From NCBI GenBank assembly GCA_041739995.1, contig JBGSMV010000047.1:32001-96000 (forward strand): a DNA stretch of 64,000 nt, written 5' to 3'. The position numbers and the translations under genes were made by a program. This document shows positions 38,451 through 48,174 of the stretch, in pieces (the first letter of the stretch is position 1; each line of letters opens with the position of its first letter). This DNA is from Bdellovibrionota bacterium. Lineage in GTDB: Bacteria; Bdellovibrionota_C; UBA2361; JBGSMV01. Under the pieces are notes generated by a model that saw only the letters and a program-made list of their open reading frames with translations, was not told the origin of the DNA and searched no databases.

Positions 38451-38492
38451 CTTTAGTATGCAGGCTTTAGTATGCAGACTTTAGTATGCAGA
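38451..38492. repeat. Tandem repeat, 14 bp x 3
   Basis: CTTTAGTATGCAGG CTTTAGTATGCAGA CTTTAGTATGCAGA. Confidence 0.95.
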
Positions 38493-38518
38493 GACAGGGC
38501 CCAAAGCGTTTCTGTTCT

Positions 38519-39187
38519 TCAATGCAATACCTTGGTCTTCAACCACTCCCGCACTTCGACAAGATCCTTGAAGATTTGGTGTGCAATTTCTTGGATGGCA
38601 GGGGTAACTTTAAGCAAGTCAGGCACGAGGACTGCGCACATTCCCGCATCTCGAGCAGCCCGTATGCCTTGCTCGGAATCTTCAAGCACCACACAAACTG
38701 CTGGATCTCGATCTAGCTCCCCTGCCGCTTTTAAGAATATATCAGGTGCTGGCTTGGAGTGCTCGACCTGATCAGAAGTGGTGATAGTAGAAAATCTCTC
38801 TAAAAGTCCGCATCGTCCAAGTCTTTCCTGCGCAATAGGAGAGCGCGTTGAAGTCGCCACAGCCTTTAAGATTTTTTTCTCTTCTAGAAAATCAAGCAAC
38901 TCGAGCGCACCACTGCGTGGAGGCGGTGGTGATTCTTGGAAGTATCTGGCCTCCCGCATCGAGAGTTCGGAGTTAAGCTTATCGACTGGTAATGTCTTAC
39001 CAAAGAACTCCTGCGTTTTTTGCAATGCTCCTTTTCTGCCTCGCCCCATGAGCTGCAAAAACATATCAGGCGTAAGCTCGAATCCAAGATGTGACACGGC
39101 ATCAATCCAGACGCGCTGATATACGGGCTCGCTATCTATGAGGAGTCCGTCCATGTCGAATATTACTGCTTCGAACTTTTCAGTCAT
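38519..39187 (-). CDS. HAD-family phosphatase (beta-PGM/CbbY-like)
   Basis: FDMDGLLIDSE, ATST, KPAPDIF, LEDSEQG. Confidence 0.92.
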   Translation of the reverse strand: MTEKFEAVIFDMDGLLIDSEPVYQRVWIDAVSHLGFELTPDMFLQLMGRGRKGALQKTQEFFGKTLPVDKLNSELSMREARYFQESPPPPRSGALELLDFLEEKKILKAVATSTRSPIAQERLGRCGLLERFSTITTSDQVEHSKPAPDIFLKAAGELDRDPAVCVVLEDSEQGIRAARDAGMCAVLVPDLLKVTPAIQEIAHQIFKDLVEVREWLKTKVLH

Positions 39188-39575
39188 GGTGTTCTATATT
39201 TTAAAGCTCGGGGCACCACGTAGATGAATGCTGCACGAGGCAAGCCTGCCTTCAGCACAACCCCGTCTTTGGCAATCCTGCCTCCGCTAGAAATTCGCTA
39301 CGCCCGGAGCCTACAGTCTTTAGGGCAGAGAAAGAAGCAGTCAGAGAAGCGTGGCAAGTGAGAGCGCTGCCACCCAGAAGAAAATGCCAGGAAAAAAAGA
39401 CAGTACCACCATCAAGCTTCGAAACAGTCCCAAGACCCCCAAGTACTCGGAGAGCCCTGAGAACTCGACGAGAAAGATCGCTCTATAAAAATTGACGCAC
39501 CGCTCAATATTCCATAATAATCTAATATAGAATAATTATAGAAGCTATGGGTAACTATGGCAGAGTCAGCTTTTT

Positions 39576-40604
39576 ATGTACCTGAATATTCTTGATAAAT
39601 TATCTGGGATGGTATGGATAGCCGAGACAGCGCCCTCTGAGTCCGCGCCCCCTGAGTCCGCAGCGCCGGAGTCCACTACTGGTGCGGTGGCGCTACCTCT
39701 TCAAGTGGCACCTCAAGCGGCACTTCAAGTCGGGCCTCAAGCCACCCGGCCTGGCATAGCACGGTACGGGCCTCCAGAAATTGATAGCGCACTACCCGCT
39801 GGCGGACTCTCTAGTGGGACAGTGCATGAGTTCTTCTTCTCTCAGTCTTTTCAAGAACTGAAAGACAAGCCTAAGAGACGCGTCCGCCTTTCTCAATCGA
39901 CTATTGGTTCGAGTAATCCAAGAATTATTCCCGCAGTACTCGCGTGCAGCCTCGCTCGAGAAAGACTGCCTTACCTACTGTGGATTGGCCGTAGCACCTG
40001 GCCCTCTCCTTTCTTATTGGAACAATTATTAGGCCATCGCTACAGCCAAGATGAAATTTTCTCTCGATGCCTCTTCATCGATCCTCCCGACACGACTAGT
40101 TCACTGTGGGCTATTGAAACTGCTTTAAAAACTTCCTCCCTTGGCGTAGTCATTGCACACTGCGAAAAACTCTCGCTTGCGGTCTCTCGTCGCTTTTCGC
40201 TTGCTGCTCGTTCAAGCAACGTACTTGGTATTCTTCTTAGGCCCAAGAACGCCTCTCTTGACATAACAAGCAGCCATAGCAAGTGGAGCATCTCTCCCAC
40301 ACAAAACTCAGAAGATAGCCCTCAGGGAATCTACCTTCAAGAAATCCGCCCAACCTGGAATCTTGAACTGCTTCGCCTTAAAGGCAGTTATTGCGCGCGT
40401 TCTAAGTGGTCTCTGCAAGCTCAGGAAAATATTTCTTCATTATCTTCAAGGGAGGAACGCCATGAAGCGTCGCTATCTCTGCGTATATCTTCCGCTATGG
40501 GGGCTTCAAGTGTGGCACCTAACCAAGAAGGCCCAAGCAACCCAGTCGAACCAGACCATAAAACTAACTGGCAAATCAGCCGCCAAATCAATAGCGACTA
40601 TTGA
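39576..40604 (+). CDS. imuA: ImuA (RecA/SulA-like mutasome accessory protein)
   Basis: EIDSALPAGGLSSGTVHE, LWAIETAL, SRRFSLAA, WNLELLR; context. Confidence 0.8.
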   Translation: MYLNILDKLSGMVWIAETAPSESAPPESAAPESTTGAVALPLQVAPQAALQVGPQATRPGIARYGPPEIDSALPAGGLSSGTVHEFFFSQSFQELKDKPKRRVRLSQSTIGSSNPRIIPAVLACSLARERLPYLLWIGRSTWPSPFLLEQLLGHRYSQDEIFSRCLFIDPPDTTSSLWAIETALKTSSLGVVIAHCEKLSLAVSRRFSLAARSSNVLGILLRPKNASLDITSSHSKWSISPTQNSEDSPQGIYLQEIRPTWNLELLRLKGSYCARSKWSLQAQENISSLSSREERHEASLSLRISSAMGASSVAPNQEGPSNPVEPDHKTNWQISRQINSDY

Positions 40605-42366
40605 AGCAGCGCCACAAGAAATAACAATGAGCGCCGAGATACCCTTCCCCCCCTGCGCCTCTTCCGAATTTATACAGGAGTCTTCAGCTCATCGGCCACT
40701 CCTACTCTACCAAGCCTCGCGTACCCAATCTTCTCGTACCCAGGCACACGCTTCTCAGAGACTAGTCTTGCACGCCTGCCCTTGCGCGCTACGTTCTGGG
40801 GTAAAGCGCGGCATGACGGTAACGCTCGCCGAATCACTGTGCGCCCGCAACCCCCTGGTCATTTCTTCACAGCCAGAACAAGAAGCCTCTCTGCTCTATC
40901 GCCTCGCTCGCTGGGCACTCAAATTCTCTCCTCTCGTGGCTATTGATACAGAACTTTCTGAAGCTATACGCAGTAAATCTCTTCATACGCTCTCGCCTCT
41001 TCATTACTGCTTTAGCATTGATCTCACTGGCACAGAGCGCATACATGGAAGCGAGATTTCTATAATTTCTAGGCTTGCTCGCGCACTCAGCTCCCGAAAT
41101 GTAACTGCGCGCTACGCCATTACACCTTCCCCAGGAGCCTCTTGGGCTCATGCTCATTTTGGAGGCGAGAGTCCCGTCATTATTGAAGACAGCCCAAACT
41201 CAACGGCAGTTCTTGAGCAATCACTCTACTCTCTGCCTATTGAATCACTGCGCCTGACGACAGCTGACTCACTTAGCTTGCGCTCACTTGGAATTATAAA
41301 GGTAGGAGAACTATTAAAAATACCTCTCTCGAAACTAGGGCTGCGCTTTCCGGATGCGCAAGGCCCCAGAGGTATCCTCACACGCCTCCGTCAAGCACTC
41401 GGCACTCAGCACGAGGCGCTCTGCTTTATCCATGCAAAGACCGTTCTTTCCGCCAAGAAAACCTTCGATATTCCAGCCTCGTCGCATGAAGCGATCGGCT
41501 TCGTCATCCTAGAGCTTCTTAAAGAAGTCTTCGAAAGACTCGCCTTTGAAAGAAAAAATACTCGTGCGCTTATTCTCGAACTTCATACGCGCTCAATCGA
41601 TCGAACTGTCTCTACTATTCGTAAAGAGCTTACGCTCTGCCACGCCACAAGAGATCTTATCCATGCCAAATCAGTCATCGCTCCTATAATAGAGTCCATT
41701 CGCAATGTAGAAGGCGTTGTTTTTATTAGTGTCACGGCACGCCTAACTACCACAGCACAATTTTGCCAAAAGCCACTACCACAACTTGCGCATGGCCAAG
41801 GAGCAACTCTTGATAAGGGAGAAACAGACGACGCCTCGGTGGGAGAGCTTCTCAATCATCTAGTAGCACGCTGTGGAAAGGAGCGTGTGGTACGAGTCTT
41901 GCGCCATGATTCTTATTTGCCAGAGAAATCTTTCTCTTATCAAAGCGTTGCTTCGCACTCTGTTTCGCGAGCTGCTGCTCCGCCAGCAACCGTTCCAGGA
42001 GCAACCGTCCCAAAAACAACAAGCGGTGCTTCTCTAAACCGTCCTTCTTACTTATTTGACACCCCAGAGCCCGTGTCCGCGATTGCAATGCTCCCCGACA
42101 AACCACCTTCTCAACTGCTCTGGAATGGGGAACGCCTTAGAGTCGCTGCAGCAGAAGGCCCTGAAAGAATCTCTCTGGAATGGTGGCAGCACTCGCTTAA
42201 TGGCACAGAAGCGCAGCTTCAAAGCAACGTCGCGGCGCAGCCTCGAAACAATCTAGCCGCGCAGTCTCGAGACTATTTTTCTCTGCAAGACCACACCGGT
42301 CGCTGGCTGTGGGTTTTTAGAGACAACTCTTCGTCGCAATGGTTCGTGCACGGACTCTGGTTATAG
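40462..42366 (+). CDS. imuB: ImuB (inactive Y-family polymerase)
   Basis: RRYLCVYLP, GVKRGM, FSPLVA, IDLTG, GPERISLEWW, RDYF, WFVHGLW; GGAGG RBS before ATG 40462. Confidence 0.9.
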   Translation: MKRRYLCVYLPLWGLQVWHLTKKAQATQSNQTIKLTGKSAAKSIATIEAAPQEITMSAEIPFPPCASSEFIQESSAHRPLLLYQASRTQSSRTQAHASQRLVLHACPCALRSGVKRGMTVTLAESLCARNPLVISSQPEQEASLLYRLARWALKFSPLVAIDTELSEAIRSKSLHTLSPLHYCFSIDLTGTERIHGSEISIISRLARALSSRNVTARYAITPSPGASWAHAHFGGESPVIIEDSPNSTAVLEQSLYSLPIESLRLTTADSLSLRSLGIIKVGELLKIPLSKLGLRFPDAQGPRGILTRLRQALGTQHEALCFIHAKTVLSAKKTFDIPASSHEAIGFVILELLKEVFERLAFERKNTRALILELHTRSIDRTVSTIRKELTLCHATRDLIHAKSVIAPIIESIRNVEGVVFISVTARLTTTAQFCQKPLPQLAHGQGATLDKGETDDASVGELLNHLVARCGKERVVRVLRHDSYLPEKSFSYQSVASHSVSRAAAPPATVPGATVPKTTSGASLNRPSYLFDTPEPVSAIAMLPDKPPSQLLWNGERLRVAAAEGPERISLEWWQHSLNGTEAQLQSNVAAQPRNNLAAQSRDYFSLQDHTGRWLWVFRDNSSSQWFVHGLWL

Positions 42367-42392
42367 GTCTGTGGTTATAGAAGATCTGCGTT

Positions 42393-45300
42393 ATGCCAGA
42401 CATTCCCTACATAAAGCTCAAGCCTCAAAGCCCCCCTGCTTCAAGCAGAACCAGCTTCCACTCTGTGCACGGCGCACCGCACTACGCTGAGCTTGAAGCA
42501 ATAAGTAACTTCTCTTTTCTTCGGGGCGGAAGTCATCCTGAGGAACTTATCACCACTGCGGCAAATCTTGGGTACCGCGCTATTTCAATAACGGACTTCC
42601 ACTCTCTTAGTGGCGTGGTACGTGCCCATCAAGCTGCTCGCCATCTCCCGATTCAATTCATCGTCGGTTGTCGCCTGCTCCTCAAATGGAAGGATACTTA
42701 TACTTTCACCGCACTGGTCTATCCCCGCACTCGCAAAGCATATGGGGCACTATGTCGTTTGCTCACCCTGGGAAATCGCCGAGCACCAAAAGGCAGCTGT
42801 TTTCTCAACACAGAAGACTTTCTCCAATATCATGCCGAGCTTGTTACTACGCTCGTTCCTCCTTCTAACCACTCAATCTCAGATCAGTATCAAGTGCTGG
42901 CCTTTTCTGAATTCGCGCGAGCAATCTGTGATGGTCACAATGAAAAACACCTGCTCTCAATCGCCATTTCTAGAGACTATGGTCATCGAGAGCGAAACCA
43001 GGCATCTGAGATTCAAAGTTTTGCTCGATATTTGAACATTCCGCTGGTTGCGACAGGAAATATTTACTACCACGCACCAGATCGGCGCCCGCTTCAAGAC
43101 GTACTCACCTGCATCAGAGAAAAGACTAACATTGAATCAGCCGGACTTCGTTTGCTTCAGAATTCTGAACGCTGGCTCAAGCCTCCTTCAGAGATTTCTC
43201 GCCTCTTTCGAGAATTTCCCGGGGCTTGTACTCGCACTCTTGAAATTGCCGAATTGTGTAAGGATTTCTCGCTTGATCAGCTTCGCTACGAGTACCCAGA
43301 GGAAGTGTGCCCGGCGGGCAAACTCCCCATTGAATATCTGGGAACACTCGTGCAAGAGGGTGCCCTGCGCCGCTACCCAAAGGAGCGCCTCCCTGAGGGT
43401 GTGCCGGCAAAGGTGCAGCTTCTTATCAAGCAAGAGCTCGCGCTTATACAGGAACTGAATTACGAAAAGTACTTTCTTACCTGCTATGACATTGTACGCT
43501 TTGCGCGCAGTCGAGGAATCTTATGCCAAGGCAGAGGTGCGGCAGCCAACTCGGCAGTATGCTTTTGTCTTGAGATTACCTCGGTTGACCCTGCACACAT
43601 TGACCTCTTATTTGCGCGTTTTATTAGCAAAGAGCGCAACGAACCTCCTGACATTGACATTGACTTTGAACATGAGCGAAGAGAGGAGGTTATTCAGTAT
43701 ATTTATGAGCGTTTTGGGCGTGAAAGGGCGGGGCTCACTTGTGAAGTCATTACCTATCGCTATCGAAGTGCGGTACGCGATGTAGGCAAAGCGTTAGGAC
43801 TTCCACACCAAGTCGTAGATAAGCTTGCCAAGACCATCCACCGTTGGTCCGACTACGCGATCCCGACAGAAGAACTACGCACAATTGGGCTCAACCCTTC
43901 GGCCACCGCAGTGCAGAATACCTTCTTGCTTGCTCAACAGCTTTGCAGCTTTCCTCGTCATCTCTCACAGCACGTTGGCGGCTTTATCATTTCTCAAGCG
44001 CCGCTATGTGAAACAGTTCCCATTGGAAATGCCGGCATGGCCTCTCGCACCATTATCGAGTGGGATAAAGACGACATTGAAGCTCTCGGCATGCTAAAGA
44101 TTGATGTGCTGGCATTGGGGATGCTGACTTGCATTCGCAAAGCGCTCAGCATGGTAAATCACCGCCTTCTGCATTCTCGAAGTTCTTTGTTCCCACTCGA
44201 ATTGCACTCCATTCCCGCGGAAGACCCGCATGTTTACGATATGATTTGTCGCGCCGACACCATCGGTGTTTTTCAGATTGAGTCCCGAGCACAGATGTCC
44301 ATGCTTCCCAGGCTAAAGCCGCGCTGCTTTTATGATCTAGTCATAGAAGTCGCGATTGTTCGCCCGGGACCAATTCAGGGCAACATGGTGCATCCCTTTC
44401 TTAAGCGACGTGCCGGGATTGAACCCGTCTCGTTTCCCGATCAAAGAGTGGCAGACATTCTTGGAAAAACCCTCGGTGTTCCTATATTTCAAGAACAGGC
44501 CATGCGTTTGGCAATCGTGCTGGCTCAGTTTAGCCCCGGAGAAGCTGAGCAACTCCGCCGCGCCATGGCGGCATGGAAGCGCGACAAGGGAGTTATTGCG
44601 ACGTTTAAAAAACGTATTGTTGATGGCATGCAAAAAAGTGGCTACTCACCGCAGTTCGCTCAACATTGCATGAATCAGATCAAAGGTTTTAGTGAATATG
44701 GATTTCCTGAATCACACGCCGCCTCCTTTGCTCTGCTGGTATATGCCTCTGCGTGGTTAAAGTATCATTTTCCGGCTGAATTTGCTGCCAGCTTGCTCAA
44801 CAGCCAACCAATGGGCTTTTACTCCTCTTCTCAAATTGTGCGTGATGTTCAAGAACACGCCGTTGACGTGCGTGAAGTGGATGTAAATCAGAGCAACTGG
44901 GACTCTAAGCTAGAATATCAAGACGATTTTTCAAAAGCGCCAGCTCTGCGACTTGGTATGCGTCTGGTAAAAGGGCTTCCAAAAGATCAAGCATTGTTGA
45001 TTCAACAAGCGCGCGAAGGATATGGCGCTTTTAGTTCAATCCAAGATCTTTGGCATAAGTTGCATCTTAGTTCTCGTGGTAACGCGTCACATAGCATCAC
45101 CCCAAGAAAACTTGCTCTTACCATACTTGCTGAAGCTGACGGATTTACCTCTATGCGACTCTCTCAGAGACAGGCGCTTTGGGAAATTCGCTCGCTTCCT
45201 GATCTCCCCACCAGGCTCGATGCAGTAATGCAGAAGCACGAGACAAGCGCCGAAAGCCAAGTAACTCTCCCCTTGCTGAGTCAGCAACATGCCATGTTCC

Positions 45301-45734
45301 AAGATTATCGCCTCACTGGACTTTCACTACGTGCACATCCTCTTCAATTTGTGCGCGCCTACCTTAATGGCCGTGGTGCGAGCACCGCACAAGCACTAAA
45401 GAGCCGGCCGCTTGCTACCCTTAGAGGTAGCAAAGCGGATCGCTATGTAAAAGTCGCTGGCATCGCCATCGTTCGTCAGCGCCCTGGAACCGCAAAGGGT
45501 GTGGTTTTTGTTACACTGGAAGATGAAACAGGTATTGCGAATCTTATTATTCGACCAGAGATTTTCGATCTGCACCGCTCAATCATTCTCAGCAGCAGCT
45601 CTCTGCTGGCTGAGGGCACGCTCGACCGAGTAGGAGAAGTGGTTTACGTATCAATAACTCGCCTCGAGAGCCTCGATTCAATGGTACTTGTAGATGAGCG
45701 GCCAAATTTTCCGAACTTGAGCTACTCATACTGA
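42393..45734 (+). CDS. dnaE2: Error-prone DNA polymerase DnaE2/ImuC
   Basis: YAELxxxSNFSFLRGGSHPEEL, EPPDIDIDFEHERREE, YGFPESHAASFA, RQRPGTAKG. Confidence 0.96.
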   Translation: MPDIPYIKLKPQSPPASSRTSFHSVHGAPHYAELEAISNFSFLRGGSHPEELITTAANLGYRAISITDFHSLSGVVRAHQAARHLPIQFIVGCRLLLKWKDTYTFTALVYPRTRKAYGALCRLLTLGNRRAPKGSCFLNTEDFLQYHAELVTTLVPPSNHSISDQYQVLAFSEFARAICDGHNEKHLLSIAISRDYGHRERNQASEIQSFARYLNIPLVATGNIYYHAPDRRPLQDVLTCIREKTNIESAGLRLLQNSERWLKPPSEISRLFREFPGACTRTLEIAELCKDFSLDQLRYEYPEEVCPAGKLPIEYLGTLVQEGALRRYPKERLPEGVPAKVQLLIKQELALIQELNYEKYFLTCYDIVRFARSRGILCQGRGAAANSAVCFCLEITSVDPAHIDLLFARFISKERNEPPDIDIDFEHERREEVIQYIYERFGRERAGLTCEVITYRYRSAVRDVGKALGLPHQVVDKLAKTIHRWSDYAIPTEELRTIGLNPSATAVQNTFLLAQQLCSFPRHLSQHVGGFIISQAPLCETVPIGNAGMASRTIIEWDKDDIEALGMLKIDVLALGMLTCIRKALSMVNHRLLHSRSSLFPLELHSIPAEDPHVYDMICRADTIGVFQIESRAQMSMLPRLKPRCFYDLVIEVAIVRPGPIQGNMVHPFLKRRAGIEPVSFPDQRVADILGKTLGVPIFQEQAMRLAIVLAQFSPGEAEQLRRAMAAWKRDKGVIATFKKRIVDGMQKSGYSPQFAQHCMNQIKGFSEYGFPESHAASFALLVYASAWLKYHFPAEFAASLLNSQPMGFYSSSQIVRDVQEHAVDVREVDVNQSNWDSKLEYQDDFSKAPALRLGMRLVKGLPKDQALLIQQAREGYGAFSSIQDLWHKLHLSSRGNASHSITPRKLALTILAEADGFTSMRLSQRQALWEIRSLPDLPTRLDAVMQKHETSAESQVTLPLLSQQHAMFQDYRLTGLSLRAHPLQFVRAYLNGRGASTAQALKSRPLATLRGSKADRYVKVAGIAIVRQRPGTAKGVVFVTLEDETGIANLIIRPEIFDLHRSIILSSSSLLAEGTLDRVGEVVYVSITRLESLDSMVLVDERPNFPNLSYSY

Positions 45735-45871
45735 GACTCTGGGGCATGTGCGCTTCCGCTAACACCTCTCGCTTTTTCCTTAGATTGAGCCTCCTCTGTG
45801 TAACCCCATGACCTCAGTGGTGAAATTTTCTCAAGGACTAATACGACAGACGAAAAGTGTTTGTAGCCAGC

Positions 45872-45920
45872 AAAAAACGCCTGGGGAGCTTTTCACTACC
45901 CCAGGCGTTTCTCTTTTTCT
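45872..45920. terminator. Probable bidirectional intrinsic terminator between convergent genes
   Basis: AAACGCCTGGGG...CCCCAGGCGTTT 12-bp stem flanked by an A6 tract and a T-rich tract. Confidence 0.8.
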
Positions 45921-45941
45921 TAAGAGACTTGCCGTTGCTGC

Positions 45942-47012
45942 TTACTGAAATGTTCTTAAAGCAGTCACCCGAGCGAAGCTATCTTGGAACCCAGTGTTTT
46001 CGCTCCCAGTCTCTCGAACTTTTGAAACGGTAACCGTAATAGTGCTGGCCCCCGCTGGGATTGGAATTATCTGTTTGCCAGAAACCGCAAACCTGGTTCC
46101 GTCCCACCCACTCTGGGTTCCCGCCATCGAACAAGGCTGCACCGAGATTGCCCCAACAACAATATCTACGCTCGTACGCATCCCGTCATAGGAACTGCAT
46201 GTGTAATCTACGAGCATGTACTTAGCACCCGCTGGGAGTGCTAGCGGCTGAGAAGTGGATCCCTGACAGCCAATGGTCGCCTGACTACATCCCGCAGGAG
46301 CAGTTGGAGTCTGTAAGCTTGAAATGAGAGCTGGTCCCACTTGCGTCCCCGCAAAGCTTGCACCAGCGGGTCCTTGAGGACCAACGGCTCCCGCAGGGCC
46401 GACTTGGCCTTGAGCTCCTTGGATACCTTGCGTACCCTGTGGGCCTGTTGCTCCACGCGGACCAGTCACTCCCGCAGGACCTGTTGCGCCAGTAGCACCA
46501 ATGGCGGCTGCCTCTCCTGGAGCACCACTTGGACCGGCAGGTCCGGTCGCGCCAACTTGACCCGAAATACCCTGTACTCCGGGAACTCCTTGAAGCCCCA
46601 TTTGTCCACTTGGACCCACCGGTCCAGTCGCGCCAGCTTGACCAGCGACGCCCTGAGCTCCAGCAACTCCTTGGAGTCCCATTGGTCCAACAGGACCGAT
46701 CGGTCCCGTCGCCCCAGTCGCTCCCGCTGCTCCATCAACACCGTCATTGGAAGCTGAATCGATCAGTTTTTGAACGTCCGCTGGTGAAGCGACGGCTCCG
46801 ATAAGCTTAAACCTACCGGGACACTTCTTTCCGGTTACAAGGCGAATCGCTTGAACTCGCGTACCGGAATTAAAAACTTTTGTGTTATTTTTCCGCTGAC
46901 ACAGCAAAGACTGAGCATTTACCTCAGAAGCCGCGGACGCGATTGATAATAGAGAAAGGGAGATGGCGATTACCCTGGCTGTGGGACCAGAGCCAATATT
47001 TGAACGAAACAT
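45942..47012 (-). CDS. Secreted collagen-like protein
   Basis: Signal peptide (VNA|Q); about 42 Gly-X-Y triplets (26 + 16, one AAI interruption); Cys-containing C-terminal domain. Confidence 0.9.
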   Translation of the reverse strand: MFRSNIGSGPTARVIAISLSLLSIASAASEVNAQSLLCQRKNNTKVFNSGTRVQAIRLVTGKKCPGRFKLIGAVASPADVQKLIDSASNDGVDGAAGATGATGPIGPVGPMGLQGVAGAQGVAGQAGATGPVGPSGQMGLQGVPGVQGISGQVGATGPAGPSGAPGEAAAIGATGATGPAGVTGPRGATGPQGTQGIQGAQGQVGPAGAVGPQGPAGASFAGTQVGPALISSLQTPTAPAGCSQATIGCQGSTSQPLALPAGAKYMLVDYTCSSYDGMRTSVDIVVGAISVQPCSMAGTQSGWDGTRFAVSGKQIIPIPAGASTITVTVSKVRETGSENTGFQDSFARVTALRTFQ

Positions 47013-47180
47013 ATGTACTATTCCTCAATAAATAAACCGGCAAGAGCTGTCCCCACAGACACTCAGGGGCCGGATGCAACCCATATAACTACCGTAATTA
47101 TGAGGCCGCTGAAGAATTGTGTGTGCTAGTCCTGGGATCTCCCTTCAATACAATCACTTAGGTGATTGAGATCTGCGCTT

Positions 47181-47582
47181 TCACCAGTCTGTTATTTCGA
47201 TAGGGTTGAACTCATCGACGACAAGATGAAGTCCAAGAACTCTATCATTCTCAACCCTTCCAATCACTTCATACTTGCCGGCGTGAATGGGGGGATTAGG
47301 TAGAGAAGAGCGTCTGTACCACTTTTCTAAAATGGGGAGACTTTGTCCGTCATTAGTGAGCACGTAGCTGCTATTCCATAGTAGCCCTTGGCGGCCACTG
47401 CTAAAGCGGCCGGCAGGTTTCCACCCATCGATTGCTGCCTCTGTGGGACGCTGATCATTAAAAGCCTCGGCGTTTCGCCCCACGAATTGCAAATCGCCCC
47501 AAACAACTACGTGCTTACCGAGAGAGACCTCGTTTAAGACGACGATACTGCAAGACTCTCGCCCCTGAAGTACCAAAGCCAA
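47181..47582 (-). CDS. Hypothetical protein
   Basis: Overlaps the upstream gene on the same strand; start uncertain. Confidence 0.5.
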   Translation of the reverse strand: MALVLQGRESCSIVVLNEVSLGKHVVVWGDLQFVGRNAEAFNDQRPTEAAIDGWKPAGRFSSGRQGLLWNSSYVLTNDGQSLPILEKWYRRSSLPNPPIHAGKYEVIGRVENDRVLGLHLVVDEFNPIEITDW

Positions 47583-48174
47583 GAAGTGAATTAAGCATTA
47601 CCGGCCAGTATTGAATCGGTCCTAACAAACATGAGTACACGATGAACACCGACCAATCGACAAAGGGCGCAATGATATCCCAGCGACTTAGTCCGTCGAG
47701 AGTGTTCCTCTTCTTAGTATGAAGTAACTGCAGAATCTGTCCTGAATGAACAAACACAATGGTTGACGTCACCGATGCCCATTCTAATTGATCCCGCCAG
47801 GCAAATAGGCTCTCACGTGCGAAGGAGGCAACACCAATTCCAGCCGCACTAAGTAGCAGCACCACCACAATCATTACGCGCTCAAACGGACTACGAGAAG
47901 GCGGAAGAAGCTCCATCTGAATAAGATTCAAGACTCCCACCAGTACCCAAGCACCACATCCAAACGCAAGCGGAATATTAATGGTCTCAAGGCCGCAGGC
48001 GTACAGCACCCAGACCGAATTCGCTAGGCACACGCCCGCAAAACGTGCCGGGGTAATCGCTTCCGTATGTCCTACTCGGTAGTTAGTAAAAGCTTGATGA
48101 AATCCACCATAAGAGGCGAACCAAAGTGCCGCTAAGGCAAGTATCGAAAATATCAGGAGAGCGCCTTCGTACAC
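47515..48174 (-). CDS. PQ-loop / SWEET-like membrane protein with two MtN3-like repeats
   Basis: About 7 hydrophobic segments; two repeats 'HQ...TEAIT...VWVLY' and 'GQI...LDGLS...FIVY...PVMLN'. Confidence 0.6.
   Translation of the reverse strand: MYEGALLIFSILALAALWFASYGGFHQAFTNYRVGHTEAITPARFAGVCLANSVWVLYACGLETINIPLAFGCGAWVLVGVLNLIQMELLPPSRSPFERVMIVVVLLLSAAGIGVASFARESLFAWRDQLEWASVTSTIVFVHSGQILQLLHTKKRNTLDGLSRWDIIAPFVDWSVFIVYSCLLGPIQYWPVMLNSLLGFGTSGARVLQYRRLKRGLSR

Noticed and set aside
38451..38492. Possible CRISPR array
   Set aside because: Units are 14 bp, abut with no spacers, and no cas genes are present
39481..39575. Sigma70 promoter and LexA box for the mutasome
   Set aside because: TTGACG to CATAAT spacing is only 15 bp and no recognisable SOS box; the TCTA-N3-TAGA palindrome is too short to call
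40462..42366. ImuB as a broken polymerase because catalytic carboxylates are absent
   Set aside because: This is normal for ImuB; the 143-bp overlap with imuA is also unremarkable
39576..45734. Mutasome as part of a mobile element
   Set aside because: No integrase, transposase, tRNA or flanking direct repeats found
46241..46804. Several alternative-frame ORFs over the collagen gene
   Set aside because: Expected from stop-poor Gly-X-Y codon repeats
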